A stretch of DNA of 63,222 nt, the filler included, from a bacterium (GTDB lineage: Bacteria > JADJOY01): NCBI GenBank assembly GCA_046331705.1. It is 3 parts of 3 records of this genome, joined end to end, with 100 filler letters (N's around TTAATTAATTAA, not from the genome) between each part and the next. Parts side by side here need not be neighbours in the genome. Positions count along the whole stretch, not along the records: positions 1 to 24,490 come from JAXLQJ010000082.1; 2 more parts are not named here. One strand, 5' to 3'. Numbering within the stretch: position 1 is the stretch's first letter; every line of letters starts with the position of its first letter. The notes under the pieces are model-generated. The model did no database searches and was not told the DNA's origin. It was given only the letters and a program-made list of their open reading frames with translations. Below, piece after piece: positions 9,351 through 19,076 of the stretch. A program made the translations under genes and the position numbers.

Positions 9351-11518
9351 TTGCGGTTACCGCCCTTCTTCTGGTTCTTGTTGGTGAGCCAGTAGATCTC
9401 GTGTGCGTCGATCTTCACGTGCCAGTCCTCGGGCACGAAGAGCGTCGTGTTGGGGGCCTCGATGATGGCGAGCCCGTCGATCTCGTTGCCGGGGCGCAGC
9501 TCGCTCATCTCGTAGGTGCGAGCGTCGATCCAGCGACCCTTCTGGAAGCAGCGGCGGATGCCCTTGAACGATTGCTTCGAGGGCTTCTTCCCTTGGAGCG
9601 GCTGCTTCACGATCTTGGGCTTCACCGTGTTCACCCGCGCCACCACGCTCACCTCGGTGACGTTGAAGGTGGGGAAGGTGGGCTTGGCCGCGAGCGTGAA
9701 CATCTTGGTGAAGAGCTCTTCGTGGCGCGCCAGCAGCTTGTCCACGTCCTTGGGGGTCTCGAGGCGCGCGACCGGCGAGTCCACCTCGACGTCCTCGAGC
9801 TGCCCGTAGTAGCGGATGTAGGCGATCTGCTGAAGCTGGATCTGATCGCGGCTGAAGCCCTCGCCGATGAGCTCGGTCAGGAGCTCGTTCTCCAGGTGCG
9901 CCCAGGTGGCGCTGACGTGTGCCAGCGCCTGCACCTTCGCGGCGCCGTCCATGCCCGGGAAGATCAGCGCGGTCACGCTCTTGTGGCGCCGGTGCGCGTA
10001 ATCCATGCACGCGCCGCCCCAGGCCGAGAAGGCGCCGGCGTGCGCGACGGTCGCGATCGACTTCCAGGGGTAATCGCCCGCGTACGGGATGAGGTGCATC
10101 GGGCCGCCGCCGCCGTAGCCGAGCAGCATGTAATCGCGCAGGTCGTGACCCACCATGAGGCTGCGCACCAGGTGCTCGCGCATCACCACGTTCACCAGGT
10201 CGAAGCACTGCTCGGCCGCGACGTAAGGGTCCAGCCCGAGCGGCCGCGCGATCTTCTCGGTGACGATGTCGAGCGAGGCCTTGGGATTCACCTTCACCCG
10301 GCCGCCCAGGTAGTACTCGGGGTTGATGATCCCGAGCAGCATGTTGCAGTCGTTGATCGTGGGGATGTCCGGGTTGCCGGTCTCCTGAAAGACCGGTCCA
10401 GGCGTTCCGCCGGCACTGTCGGGCCCGAGCTTGATGCGCTTGGTCTGCGGATCGAGGCGGATGTAGGTGCCGGTGCCGGCGCCGATCGACTTGATGTCGA
10501 TCATCGGCACGTTGACCTTCATCTTCTGGAAGGGCGGCTCGCGGTTGATCGGCAGCACCCCCGCCGTGATGGCGCCGGCGTCGAAGCTGGTGCCGCCCAC
10601 GTCGGAGCACACGATGTTCTTCTCGCCGATGACCTTGCCCAGGTAATCGGCGCCCATGATCCCGCCCACCGGGCCGGACATGACGGTCTCGAAGAGCCGG
10701 TTGTAACGGATGTTGGTGACGCCGCCGTAGCAGAGCACCGTCTTGAGCGACTTCGCGTAACCCTTCTCGGCGAGCTTTTCCTCGACCTGGAAGAGCTGCT
10801 TGCGCGCCGGCTGCGACGCATACGCTTGGATCACGGTGGCGTTGGCGCGCGAGACCTCGCGCACGGTGGGCGCCACGTCGCTCGAGATGGAGATGGGCAC
10901 CTCGCGGCCCACCTCCTTCATCACTCGCCGCGCGATCTCGGCGGCCTTCTGCTCGTGGGCCGGGTTGTTGAAGGACTGGAGGAACACGATCGCCAGCGAC
11001 TGGATGCCCTCCTCGACCAGGAGCTCCCGCACGCCGCGCTCGACGTCGCCCTCGTAGATCGGGATCACCGGCTGACCGAACATGTCGATGCGCTCGGTCA
11101 CGCCCCGGGTGAGCCGCCGCGGCACCAGCGGCTCGCGGTGCTTGCGGTACTGCATGTGGGTGATCTCGGACCATTGCTCGTCGGTGAAGGTCTGCGAGCC
11201 GCGCCCCTGGACCACGATGTCCTCGAAGCCGCGCGTGGCGAGCAGGCCGGTCTTGAGCCCGTCCAGGTTGATGAGCGAGTTGAGCATCGAGGTGCCGGTG
11301 TAGATCGCGGTCTCGATGGACTCGCAGAACCGCCGGCCGTCCTTCTCCATGTCGAGGCCCATGTACTTGAGGGCCTCCTCCAGCGATTCCATGTAGCCGA
11401 TCGACTCGTCGTGACGCGTGGTGCGCGCCTTGCCGATGACCGAACGGCCGCGTTCGTCCACCACGATCACGTCCGTCATGGTGCCGCCCGCGTCACACGC
11501 AACCAGATAACGCGCCAT
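9347..11518 (-). CDS. Acetone carboxylase beta subunit-like protein (hydantoinase A/oxoprolinase family, ATP-binding, AcxA-like)
   Basis: DAGGTMTD, YTGTSMLN, SGPVGG, DVGGTSFD, SIGAGTG, GPDSAG and YGGGGPMH motifs. ATGA-type overlap with the next gene. Confidence 0.92.
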   Translation of the reverse strand: MARYLVACDAGGTMTDVIVVDERGRSVIGKARTTRHDESIGYMESLEEALKYMGLDMEKDGRRFCESIETAIYTGTSMLNSLINLDGLKTGLLATRGFEDIVVQGRGSQTFTDEQWSEITHMQYRKHREPLVPRRLTRGVTERIDMFGQPVIPIYEGDVERGVRELLVEEGIQSLAIVFLQSFNNPAHEQKAAEIARRVMKEVGREVPISISSDVAPTVREVSRANATVIQAYASQPARKQLFQVEEKLAEKGYAKSLKTVLCYGGVTNIRYNRLFETVMSGPVGGIMGADYLGKVIGEKNIVCSDVGGTSFDAGAITAGVLPINREPPFQKMKVNVPMIDIKSIGAGTGTYIRLDPQTKRIKLGPDSAGGTPGPVFQETGNPDIPTINDCNMLLGIINPEYYLGGRVKVNPKASLDIVTEKIARPLGLDPYVAAEQCFDLVNVVMREHLVRSLMVGHDLRDYMLLGYGGGGPMHLIPYAGDYPWKSIATVAHAGAFSAWGGACMDYAHRRHKSVTALIFPGMDGAAKVQALAHVSATWAHLENELLTELIGEGFSRDQIQLQQIAYIRYYGQLEDVEVDSPVARLETPKDVDKLLARHEELFTKMFTLAAKPTFPTFNVTEVSVVARVNTVKPKIVKQPLQGKKPSKQSFKGIRRCFQKGRWIDARTYEMSELRPGNEIDGLAIIEAPNTTLFVPEDWHVKIDAHEIYWLTNKNQKKGGNRK

Positions 11519-11613
11519 CGCCTTACCCCTCGTCGGTCAGGAGAAACGTGGTGAGCGGGGCTCGTCGTCCCCGTGAAACCGAAGCGCCGACGCTGCGCGG
11601 CGGCCGTGCCTCG

Positions 11614-12306
11614 TCATGCCGCACTTCCGAACAAGCGCCGCAAGAAGCCCCGGATGGCCTCCCAGAGCGCGCGGAGCAAGATCGGCAGAATCCGGATCGA
11701 ATCCTCGGACTTCGCAGGCGCGGGGGCCGGGCCGCCCGGCACGGCCGCGGCCTGGCTCGCCGCAGCGGTGGGGGTCGACTCGTCCGCGCTCGACGTGGCC
11801 GTCGCGGAAGCCTGGGCATCCGCGGTGGTCGGTGCCGGCGCAGGCACCAGCTCCGGAACCTCCAGCCGCTGCTTGGTCGCGGCCACGAACTGCAAGAAGA
11901 TCTGGTGCGCGACGCCCTGGATCATGCCGCGGCCCACCTGCATGAGCCGTCCGGTGAGATCCACCGTGGCCTCGGCGACGATCTCCGTGCCGCCGCCCGG
12001 CAGCGCCGTGAGGTGGCTGCGCATGGTGCCCTTGGCCGTGCCGCCGCTCGTCTCCTTGCCCTCGGCCGCCATGTTCACGCGATGGCTGGCCTCGTCCACC
12101 TCGGTGAGGTGGATCTTGCCCTTGTAGCTGGCGCTCACGGCGCCGACCTTCACCTTCACCTGGCCCACGAAGGTGCGGTCGTCCACGACCTCGAGCAGCG
12201 TGGCGCCGGGCAGGCACGTGACGACCTGGTGCGGGTCCATCACGAAGCGCCACACCCGTTCGATGGGCGCCGATACTTGGAACCGCTCCTGGATTTCGAT
12301 CGCCAT
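11614..12306 (-). CDS. CoxG/SRPBCC-family protein
   Basis: Start re-set to MAIEIQERFQVSAPIERVW. CLPGA, VKVKVGAVSASYKG and GRLMQVGRGMI are CoxG motifs, followed by a Pro/Ala linker and a C-terminal amphipathic helix. Confidence 0.88.
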   Translation of the reverse strand: MAIEIQERFQVSAPIERVWRFVMDPHQVVTCLPGATLLEVVDDRTFVGQVKVKVGAVSASYKGKIHLTEVDEASHRVNMAAEGKETSGGTAKGTMRSHLTALPGGGTEIVAEATVDLTGRLMQVGRGMIQGVAHQIFLQFVAATKQRLEVPELVPAPAPTTADAQASATATSSADESTPTAAASQAAAVPGGPAPAPAKSEDSIRILPILLRALWEAIRGFLRRLFGSAA

Positions 12307-12383
12307 CGGGATGCGCGGGTTTCCCGTGTTTCGCGGGGAATTCGAGGGTGGTGGAGAGGGGCGACGAACGGCGCGAAGCGCCA

Positions 12384-12403
12384 AAGTGAAACGTGTTCTA
12401 CTT
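12384..12403. promoter_or_regulatory. KstR-like palindromic operator upstream of the coxG-acx operon
   Basis: AAGTGAAACGTGTTCTACTT. The core TGAAACGTGTTCTA fits TnnAACnnGTTnnA. About 80 bp upstream of the coxG-like start, in an AT-rich patch. Confidence 0.75.
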
Positions 12404-12642
12404 CTAGCAGCGCGCGTCGAGACCGTCAACGCAAACGATCCCGCGAGCGGTCGCGGGGCACGCAGCGGTGGATGACGAAGCGGACGCGCGGCCCCGCGCG
12501 GAACCTCGAGACGTGCAGCTGGCGCGGGGACATCCGTCACGCGCCGTGCGGTCGTCCGGGAGCCGCTCGCCAGCCGATGCGATCGCGCGAACGGAGCCAC
12601 GGGCGCGCGTCCGCTCGCCAGGTGGCCGGGCGGGCGCGGCGG

Positions 12643-15558
12643 TCAGGCTGCGGACGGGGCGGATCGAGCGATCCGCTCGGCAGCCAGGGCGGAGCGCACG
12701 ATCTGGTACTCGGCGAGGATTTGCGGCACGAGCCGCTGGGCGTCGTCGGCGGCGCCGGCGCGGGCGCTGGCCATGGTCTGCATGCAGAGCTCGGCGAGGC
12801 GCTTGGCGCCCAGCATCCCGCTCGACGATTTGAGCGTGTGCGCGGCGCGCCCGATGGCCGCGAGATCTCCGCGCTCGTGCGCCTCGGCGAGCGAGGTGAG
12901 CAGCTGCGCCGAGGAGTCGAGGTAGGAATCGATGGCGCGCACCAGCAGGCTCGGCGCGCCGGCGCGGGTGAGCTGATGAAGCTCCTCGAGCGCTTGCGCG
13001 TCGAGGACGGCGCTCGGTGGTGCCGGGGGTGTCGCGCCAGCCGCAGCGCTCGCGGCCCGCGGCTCGCGCGGAGCAGGCGGTCGCGCAGCCGCCGCGGGCA
13101 CCCAGCGCAGCACCAGCGCGCGGAGCTGGTCGGCGCGAAACGGCTTGCTCAAGTGATCGTCCATCCCCGCAGCGAGGCATTCCTGGCGGTCTTCGTCGAG
13201 GGCGTGCGCGGTGAGCGCGATGATCGGGATGCGCCGCGCGTGCGCGGGGTCGGCGCCCGCGAGCGCGGACTCGCGCTCGCGGATGCGCCGGCTCGCGGCG
13301 AAGCCGTCGAGGATGGGCATCTGGCAATCCATGAGCACCAGGTCGTAGTGTTCGCGGGCCACGGCGTCGACGGCTTGCTGGCCGTGCTCGACGATCGCGA
13401 CGGTGCAGCCGAGCTTCTCGAGCATGGCTCGCGCGACGTCTTGATTGACCGGGTTGTCCTCGGCCAGCAGCACGCGCGCCGCGAGCTCGCGGTGGTGTGC
13501 CCCGACGTCCCGAATGCGGGTGGTCTCGACGAGGCTCTGAGGCCGCGCGCTCACGGCGCTGAGCAGGGCGCGCAAGAGATCCGACTGGCGGGTCGGCTTG
13601 GTGAGCCACGCCACCACGTTGCCGAGATCGCGGCGCACCTCGGCGTCGGGCGCCACCGACGTGAGGAGGACGAGGGGCGTGCGGCGCAGCTCGGGGTCGC
13701 GTTGGATGGCGCGCGCCAAGGTGAGCCCGTCCATGCCCGGCATGTGCACGTCGAGCACCGCGATCTCGAACGGATTGCCCTGGCTACGCGCCGCGCGCAG
13801 TCGCTCGAGCGCCGCCTCGCCGCCGTCCACGAGCTCGTCGACGACGCCCCACTTGGCGAGCTGGAGGTGCAGGATCTCGCGATTGGTGGCGTTGTCGTCG
13901 ACGGCGAGCACGCGCCTGCCGGCGAGGATGCGGGCATCCGCGACATCGCTGCGGGAGGCGCCGTCGCAGGCGGGCAGCGGCACCGCGAACGTGAACGTCG
14001 AGCCGCGTCCCGGCTCGCTGGTGGCGCGGATGGTGCCCCCCATGAGATCGGCGAGCTGGCGGCAGATCGCGAGCCCGAGGCCGGTGCCGCCGAAGCGGCG
14101 GGTGGTCGAGGCGTCGGCCTGAACGAACGGATCGAAGAGGTGCTCGAGCGAGACAGGGGCGATGCCGATGCCGGTGTCGCGCACCGAGAACGTGAGCGTG
14201 GTCGCGTTCGGCGCCGGGCCGGACACGCGCACGACCACCTCGCCGCGCTCGGTGAACTTGATCGCGTTGCCGACCAGGTTCGTCATCACCTGACGTAGAC
14301 GCACGGGGTCGCCCTGAACCAGCGCGGGCACCGAGTCCTCCACCACGTAGAGCAGCTCGAGGCCCTTGCGATGCGCGCGGTCGGCGAGCAGCTCGACCAC
14401 GTCGCCGACGAGCTGGCGCAGATCGCATTCGGTGGTCTCGAGCTTGAGCTTGCCGGCCTCGCTCTTCGAGAAGTCGAGGATGTCGTTGATGACCTGCAGC
14501 AACGCCTCGGCAGAGCGGTGCACGGTCTTCGTGTAGCGGCGTTGCTGATCGTCGAGGCCGGTGCCGAGCAGGAGCTCGGTCATGCCGAGGACGCCGTTCA
14601 TGGGTGTGCGGATCTCGTGGCTCATGTTGGCGAGGAAGCGCGACTTCGCTCGGCTCGCCTCCTGTGCCGACTCGGCCAGCTGATTCGCTTGCTGGGTGGC
14701 GGCGGCGAGCGCCGCGGTCCGGGCGGCGACCTTCTCTTCCAGCGTGCGCTGCTGCTGCTCGACCTGCTGGCGGTACGCGCGCAGCCGCTCCAGCATGCGC
14801 TGGAATGCGTGGCCCAGGTCGCCGACCTCGTCGTTGCTGGTGACGTCGACCGATTGCTCGAAATCGCCCTCGGCGATCTCGCCCGTCACCCGCGCCAGGG
14901 CGCTGATCGGCCGCACCAGATAGCGCGTGAAGTAGAGCGTCGCCAGCACGCCCACGAGGACCAGCGAGCCGGTGGCGACGAGGGTCGCGGCGACGAACCC
15001 GCGCACCCGCTCGGTCATACCCTTCTGACTCAGCCCCACCTGGACGAATCCGAGCGGGCCGGTCGCCATCTCGTCGGGGTCACGGGCGAACATCAGGTCC
15101 GCGGGTGCGATGGGAGCGCTGCGCGTGACTGCCGCCACCACCTCCACGTAGGTCTGGCCATCGCGGCTGCCGGTGATGCGTCGCGCGACGAGGCCCTTGC
15201 CGTCGCTCGGCAGCGTCGCCGTGTCGAGCGCTGGAGGGGGCATCGACCCGGCGACGGTCTTCTCGGCGAGCGGCTGCTGCCGCGCGTCCAGGATCCGCAC
15301 GAACGCGACGTCCGCCGAGTCGGCGACGGATCCCACGATCCGCGCCAGCTCGTCGGGCGCGCGGGTGTAGATCGCGTACTGGCTCTCGCTCGACATGCCG
15401 CGCGCCAGCTCTCGGCCGCGCAGCTCGAGCGCCGTGCGCGCCTCCGACCACGTGCGATAGCCGGCGAACGCGGCGATGCCGGCCGACGACACGAGGACCA
15501 GGGAAGCGCTCAGCAGGCTGAACTGGCTGGCGAGGCTGCGGCGACGACGTGGCGACAT
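12643..15558 (-). CDS. Hybrid sensor histidine kinase (TM-periplasmic sensor-TM, HAMP, HisKA, HATPase, two REC, HPt; BarA/GacS-like)
   Basis: [38 protein letters not shown], two receiver domains ([20 protein letters not shown]) and HPt AAHTLKSSS. Confidence 0.95.
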   Translation of the reverse strand: MSPRRRRSLASQFSLLSASLVLVSSAGIAAFAGYRTWSEARTALELRGRELARGMSSESQYAIYTRAPDELARIVGSVADSADVAFVRILDARQQPLAEKTVAGSMPPPALDTATLPSDGKGLVARRITGSRDGQTYVEVVAAVTRSAPIAPADLMFARDPDEMATGPLGFVQVGLSQKGMTERVRGFVAATLVATGSLVLVGVLATLYFTRYLVRPISALARVTGEIAEGDFEQSVDVTSNDEVGDLGHAFQRMLERLRAYRQQVEQQQRTLEEKVAARTAALAAATQQANQLAESAQEASRAKSRFLANMSHEIRTPMNGVLGMTELLLGTGLDDQQRRYTKTVHRSAEALLQVINDILDFSKSEAGKLKLETTECDLRQLVGDVVELLADRAHRKGLELLYVVEDSVPALVQGDPVRLRQVMTNLVGNAIKFTERGEVVVRVSGPAPNATTLTFSVRDTGIGIAPVSLEHLFDPFVQADASTTRRFGGTGLGLAICRQLADLMGGTIRATSEPGRGSTFTFAVPLPACDGASRSDVADARILAGRRVLAVDDNATNREILHLQLAKWGVVDELVDGGEAALERLRAARSQGNPFEIAVLDVHMPGMDGLTLARAIQRDPELRRTPLVLLTSVAPDAEVRRDLGNVVAWLTKPTRQSDLLRALLSAVSARPQSLVETTRIRDVGAHHRELAARVLLAEDNPVNQDVARAMLEKLGCTVAIVEHGQQAVDAVAREHYDLVLMDCQMPILDGFAASRRIRERESALAGADPAHARRIPIIALTAHALDEDRQECLAAGMDDHLSKPFRADQLRALVLRWVPAAAARPPAPREPRAASAAAGATPPAPPSAVLDAQALEELHQLTRAGAPSLLVRAIDSYLDSSAQLLTSLAEAHERGDLAAIGRAAHTLKSSSGMLGAKRLAELCMQTMASARAGAADDAQRLVPQILAEYQIVRSALAAERIARSAPSAA

Positions 15559-15571
15559 GGTCCGAGGGACC

Positions 15572-16546
15572 TCATTCGTAGCGCGAGGCGGCGGCCTCGA
15601 CGAGCGCCGCGGGGATCTCGATCTTCATCGAGCGCATGGTCTGGAGATTGATCGATTGGAGCACCTTGCGCGGCGTGCTGGGTGCGGGAGCGCGCGACGC
15701 GGCGAACGATCCTGCGGCGAGCGCTTGCTCGCCGCACTGACGTCCCAGGTCGACGTAGTCGCGCTCCAGCGCGTAGAGCGCGCCGGCCTTCACCCACGAC
15801 TCGGAGGGCCCGACGAGGGGGATGCGACTCTGCAGGGAGAAGAGCAGCAACGTCTTGGCCGCTTCGGGCGAGAGCACCACGCCGTCGGGGATGCCGAGCA
15901 GCAGCTGCGCGCGCTGATCGAAGTTCTTGAGGGCCACCGGCAGCTCCTCGGGGGTCGGCACCTCGCGCGTCACGAGCTCCAGGCCGAGCTTGGCGGCGGC
16001 CGTGCGGGCGGAGGCGACGCGCTCGCCGTTCTCTTTCGGGTTGAAGAGCACGCCCACGATGGTGCGATCGGGCAACATGCGGCGGACCCAGTCGAGCTGT
16101 TGCTCGATCGGGAACTCGAGCGTCACGGCGGTGGCGTTGGGGCGATCGCGCACCACCTCGGGAGAGAGCACCAGGCACGCCACCAGCGGCGGCGCCGCCA
16201 GCTCGGCGGTCACCAGCCGCGTCGCGACGGCGCCCAGCGTCACCACCGCTGACGGACCCTCTCGCAGCCACTCGCCGAGCGCCGCGCGAGCCTGCCGCGG
16301 GTCGGCGGACGCGCGCTCGACCCGCAGCTCACGGCCCGCCGGGTCGCCGGCGAACGCCTCGCGAAGCCCCTGAATGGCCTCGCGATAGGGCCTGGCGTCG
16401 TCGCTCGAGATCACCAGCACGCGCGCCGCGAGCGTGCGGGTCGCGCCCGACGCGCAGAGCGGACCCGCCGCGAGACACGCGGCCACCAGCCAGCGCGAGC
16501 CGCGCTTCGCGAGGCTCGCGATCCGAGCGAGGAGGTGCGTGCCCAT
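15572..16546 (-). CDS. Periplasmic ABC-type substrate-binding protein (ABC_sub_bind-like) with no cognate transporter
   Basis: ATG at 16546 overlaps the receptor's TGA. Signal-like N-terminus, [42 protein letters not shown] and SINLQT. Confidence 0.8.
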   Translation of the reverse strand: MGTHLLARIASLAKRGSRWLVAACLAAGPLCASGATRTLAARVLVISSDDARPYREAIQGLREAFAGDPAGRELRVERASADPRQARAALGEWLREGPSAVVTLGAVATRLVTAELAAPPLVACLVLSPEVVRDRPNATAVTLEFPIEQQLDWVRRMLPDRTIVGVLFNPKENGERVASARTAAAKLGLELVTREVPTPEELPVALKNFDQRAQLLLGIPDGVVLSPEAAKTLLLFSLQSRIPLVGPSESWVKAGALYALERDYVDLGRQCGEQALAAGSFAASRAPAPSTPRKVLQSINLQTMRSMKIEIPAALVEAAASRYE

Positions 16547-18681
16547 CACGGCCACGGCAGCTCGTAGCTCAGGTTCAGCCAGAACGTGCGCCCATCCTGA
16601 GGAATGCGGTCTTGGCGGAGCTCGTCCGTGACGGGATCGGCGTAGTGCTGATCCAGCACGTTGCGGACGGTGGCGGCGACGGCGAGGCCGCCCAGCCAGC
16701 GGCGCGAGGTGAGGGTGACGTCGATCGGGTAGGCGGCGGCGACGCTGGCGCCGGCGCGGGTCTTGCGCGGCGACAGGTAGCGCGCTTGGACCGCGGCGCC
16801 GAGGGCGTCGCCCACGATCGGGAACGCCGCTGCAGCGACCAGGGTGTTCTCCGGCGAGTCGGCAAGCGAGACGTCGGTCTCGTCGGTGGCTCGCTGCAGC
16901 CCGTAGCCGAGCTCCACCTGCGCCCCTCCGTCGAAGCGGCCGATCAGACGCAGCTCGGCGCCCAGCGCGGAGACGCTGGCGGCATTGCGATAGACGAGCA
17001 GGCCGTCGCTCTCGTCGCTGGTGAGGGTGACCAGATCGTCGATCGAGTAGTGGTAGATCGAACCCGAGAGCTCGAGGTGTTCGGACAGCGATTGCTCGGC
17101 GACCAGCTCCACTTGGCGGATCGTCTCGGGCGAGAGATGGCCTGGCGGCTTCTGCGTGATGCCGTCGGCGTAATGGAGCTCGTACGCGTTGGCGGCGCGG
17201 AATGCTTCGCCGTAGATCAGCTTGACGGTGGTCGGGTCGAACGGTCGCGCGATGACCGCGACCCGTGGGCTGAGGCGGCTGGTTCCCGGTACCTCGGCAT
17301 CGAAGCGCAGGCCCGCGTTCAGGATGAGCCATGGAGTGACGTGGAACTCGTCCTGTGCGAAGAGCCCCCAGTCGACGGTCTCGCGCCGATCGTCGAGGGT
17401 GAGCGGCTCGCCCTCGTCGCCGTCGTGCTGGCGAATGCGGAAGTTGGTGCGGTTCTCGGCGCCGACGACCACCCGGTGGGCATCGAACAGCATCTTGCTG
17501 AGCTGGATCTCGGCGCCGACGCGCTGCGAGTCGGCGTCGTCGAGCCACAGCGAGGTGTCGCTGGGGTCCTCCTCGGGCCCGGCGTAGAGATAGCGGCCGT
17601 TGTAGCGGAACCAGTCGTAGACCACCCGCAGCTCGGGGGTGAAGCCGGCGATCTCGGTGGGGCGGTAGTCGAGGTCCATCCACGCGTATTGATCGCGGGT
17701 GCGGTTGCGATCGGTGGGGAAGACGGTGTCGAACGGGGATGTGGGCAACGTCTTGTCGCTCGATCCGTGTCCCGCGCTGAGCGTGAAGTCGTGGTACGAG
17801 CCCTTGCCGTAGAGGTGGTAGATGAAACCACCATCGGCGTCGCGTACGGTGCCGTTCGCGGTGGAGGGATCGTCGAACGCCGAATACTCGAGGCTCGCAC
17901 GGCCCTCGCTGCTCGCCACCGAGCCGGCGACCAACGCCTCGAGGCCGCTCGACGATTGCGCGCCGGCGGCGAGCCGTCCCGCATAGCTCGCGTGGCTCCC
18001 CCATTCGAACCGGGGCTCGGCGCCGGCGAGGTCGCGACCGCGGCGGGTGATCACGTTCACCACGCCGAAGAAGGCGCTCGTGCCGTAAAGCGAAGAGGCG
18101 GGTCCGCGCACCACCTCGATCCGGTCGATGAGGCTCAGGTCCACCGGAAAGTCCGCGCTCAGCGGCGCTTGATCGTAGATCGGGTTGTTGAGGCGGTGGC
18201 CGTCGACCAGGAGCAGGATGCGACAGTTGTAGTCACCCGCGCCGCTGAACCCACGCACTCCGAGGTACACGTAGTTGCGGTCGTAGGTCGTGTAGAAGCC
18301 GGGCAGGCGGGCCAGCACCTCGGCGAGGTTTCGATAGCCGAAGCGCCAGATCTCGTCGCTGGTGATCACGCTCACGGCGGACGGCGCGTCGCCGACTCGC
18401 TGGGCGTAACGCGAGGCGGTCTGGACCGAGGGGATCTCGCCGAAGAGGACCGATTCGTCCGCGCCGCCGGATCCACCGAGGGGGTCGTCCTGGGCGCGGG
18501 ACGTCGCCGCCAGCGCCGCGAGGAGCAGCACGCCGATCAGCCGCGACGGCGCGCCGGTGGCGGCCGCGCGGCGAGGGCGCGCGGGAGCGCGCGGTCGCAC
18601 CACGGGCGGGGCGGCGAGTTCGCGAAACATGGCGCACACCCACGATGCGAAGGCGAGGTTCGATTCATGGGAGTCGAGCAT
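16546..18681 (-). CDS. TonB-dependent outer-membrane receptor (start may be 18631)
   Basis: Plug motifs APSAVSVITSDEI, RILLLVDG and IDRIEVVRGPASSLYG. Barrel C-terminus NVLDQHY...GRTFWLNLSYEL. Confidence 0.92.
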   Translation of the reverse strand: MLDSHESNLAFASWVCAMFRELAAPPVVRPRAPARPRRAAATGAPSRLIGVLLLAALAATSRAQDDPLGGSGGADESVLFGEIPSVQTASRYAQRVGDAPSAVSVITSDEIWRFGYRNLAEVLARLPGFYTTYDRNYVYLGVRGFSGAGDYNCRILLLVDGHRLNNPIYDQAPLSADFPVDLSLIDRIEVVRGPASSLYGTSAFFGVVNVITRRGRDLAGAEPRFEWGSHASYAGRLAAGAQSSSGLEALVAGSVASSEGRASLEYSAFDDPSTANGTVRDADGGFIYHLYGKGSYHDFTLSAGHGSSDKTLPTSPFDTVFPTDRNRTRDQYAWMDLDYRPTEIAGFTPELRVVYDWFRYNGRYLYAGPEEDPSDTSLWLDDADSQRVGAEIQLSKMLFDAHRVVVGAENRTNFRIRQHDGDEGEPLTLDDRRETVDWGLFAQDEFHVTPWLILNAGLRFDAEVPGTSRLSPRVAVIARPFDPTTVKLIYGEAFRAANAYELHYADGITQKPPGHLSPETIRQVELVAEQSLSEHLELSGSIYHYSIDDLVTLTSDESDGLLVYRNAASVSALGAELRLIGRFDGGAQVELGYGLQRATDETDVSLADSPENTLVAAAAFPIVGDALGAAVQARYLSPRKTRAGASVAAAYPIDVTLTSRRWLGGLAVAATVRNVLDQHYADPVTDELRQDRIPQDGRTFWLNLSYELPWP

Positions 18682-18887
18682 TCGAGTGCAGTGTGCAAGC
18701 CACGCGCCGCCTGTCGTGGTGTGCTGGCGGAGTGCGAACTGCTGGAAATCATGACGGTATCTTCTGCGTAGCCGTGGTGCCCGTCGGGGTGGGGCGGTCC
18801 GAAATGGGCGGATCGCCCGATGGGCTCGCGATCGTGCACACCCGCTGGTCTCGCGGCGGCTCGCGCCGCGCGACGGCTTGCGGCACC

Positions 18888-18907
18888 AAGTAGAACATGT
18901 TCTACTT
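18888..18907. promoter_or_regulatory. KstR-like palindromic operator in the divergent TonB receptor/fadD3 intergenic region
   Basis: Perfect 20-bp palindrome AAGTAGAACATGTTCTACTT, about 170 bp upstream of the CoA ligase. Confidence 0.8.
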
Positions 18908-19076
18908 CGTGCCGCGCGGTACGCGGCACGCTCACCGGCGCGGTGGATCGGCGGCTCGCTGCTGCTCCAGCCCCGGTTGCCCCTGGGGTGTTCTCAGCCG
19001 ATCGGTCGGGAAGATCGCAATCTCGCGGAGGAGGCCTGAACCGCTGCGCGCGGACAGGACCTAGGAAGCGCCGTCG

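Noticed and set aside
18888-18907. Palindrome read as a LexA/SOS (Cheo) box or a eukaryotic steroid-receptor element
   Set aside because: The Gram-positive SOS box is GAAC-N4-GTTC, whereas the spacing here is N2 and the downstream genes are catabolic. Similarity to AGAACAnnnTGTTCT lacks the 3-nt spacer and is coincidental.
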